The position numbers and the translations under genes are program-made. This document shows, piece by piece, positions 62,901 through 64,000 of a DNA stretch of 64,000 bases. Source of the DNA: Eledone cirrhosa (Eukaryota); NCBI GenBank assembly GCA_964016885.1, contig OZ024757.1, positions 7,068,001-7,132,000 on the forward strand, written 5' to 3'. Positions within the stretch are counted from its first letter, which is position 1; each line of letters starts with the position of its first letter. Below the pieces are notes generated by a model that was given only the letters and a program-made list of their open reading frames with translations, was not told the DNA's origin and made no database searches.

Positions 62901-62960
62901 TGTCCTTTATAACATCAGGTAGACCAGATTGGGGTGCATAAGCAGATATAAAACTGATGT
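59950..62960 (-). mobile_element. RTE-clade LINE, 5'-truncated, degraded, (GAT)n tail
   Basis: APE (SAYAPQ, GDLNGHVG, RNEEG.RILEFC, QMDYIL); RT (FVDLEKAFDRVP, QGSVLSPLLF, LLYADDL); Cys-rich insert CSVC..C..C..WVHKRC; LHGSETW. Confidence 0.92.
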
Positions 62961-63036
62961 TGTCTGTGTGTGTGTCCTCATTTTTGCAAAGTCTATACAA
63001 ATCCACATTTCTACTCCGATTGACTTCAAACTTATG

Positions 63037-64000
63037 ATCATCATCGTTTAACGTCCATCATCCACGCTGGCATGGGTTTGGACAGGAATTTTCCCACTTG
63101 AGGCAAGATTGGTTGTCTTGCTCGTATAGGACTGTCTGGTGGGTTTTCTACGGCTGAATGCCCTTCCTAACACCAACCACGTTTACAGTGTGGAATTGGA
63201 GGTTTTTACCGTGTTACCTACACGGCCACATTACAGCGTAGACTGTGTGTTTTTTGTCGTGACACCTACACGGCCTCATTTATTTAGGACTGGATGTTGT
63301 GGTACCAACGTAACTTTACATCGAAAGGGGTGGTGTGAATGGGGTAGGGGTCGTGGGACGGGGTGAATTTTGGTAAGAGGTGCCTACTGACTGTAGGTTT
63401 CGCTTTGCACTGAGGCAAGGCGGGTCTTCTGTATTACTGCGTAACGCCAAAGATCTCGGTTCAGTGACATTGTCTTGGAGAGTTGTAAGTGTGTGAGGTA
63501 GGAATTTATCAAGTCGTCCCAGGTTTTTCTGGGTCTGCCTACTCCGTGGCTACCGTCTATTTTGATCGCCCTGCACTTTTTTATACAGCTGTCGTCTTTC
63601 ATGCACATCACGTGACCATACCAACGTAGTCTTCCGTCGAGTAAACAGCATCTGATCCCTCTTATTTCTAATTTCTCACGTATTTAATTTATGCTTTGCC
63701 GTTTATGTATATTACTATTACACATCCAACGGAGCATGCAAGCTTCGTTCCTCTCCAGTCTACGTAGATCCTCTGCACACAATGCCCAAGTCTCACTGCC
63801 ATGGAACATTGCTGTTCGTATGCAGGCATCATACAGCCTGCCTTTCATTTTTAGAGAGAACCCTTTAGTGGCTAATAGTGGTATAAGCTCTCTGAACTTT
63901 TTCCATCCTGTTCTGACTCTAGCTACTGTACTTTCAGAGCACCCTCCACCACTGCTGATTTTGTCAACCAGGTAACGGAAGGTGTCTACTATTTCTATAG
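63037..64000 (-). mobile_element. RTE-clade LINE 3' part (continues beyond the window), same family as 59950-62960
   Basis: FRYL, HGSETW, RLRWYGHV, GRPRKTW; same 3' UTR and (GAT)n tail. Confidence 0.9.

Overview
This is eukaryotic, repeat-saturated DNA. The SINE and RTE families resemble those I recall from octopus/coleoid cephalopods; that assignment is an inference, not a database result. Most of the window is non-LTR retrotransposons. They comprise seven R4/Dong-clade RLE copies in two subfamilies, three Tx1/L1-clade elements plus a duplicated fragment, a PHD-bearing CRE-like relic, three RTE elements, and several Penelope-like elements with hammerhead-ribozyme motifs. There are also tRNA-SINEs and a possible TTAA-ended MITE. 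From about 18.2 to 53.7 kb the elements are stacked head-to-tail in (AAT)n tracts, with Dong on + and Tx1 on -. The only confidently recognisable host gene is a disrupted myophilin/transgelin-like gene (last two exons, 57834-59459, -). The most notable observations are: (1) a conserved 52-53 nt GT-AG intron-like spacer that would fuse Tx1 ORF1 in frame to ORF2, seen in two elements with otherwise divergent ORF1s; (2) a 72-bp target-site duplication whose empty site survives in a 6-kb tandem duplicate; (3) an unexplained repeated unit found between (AAT)n and Dong 5' ends; (4) structured Dong 5' UTRs that are ribozyme candidates. All alignments, counts and folds were done by eye.
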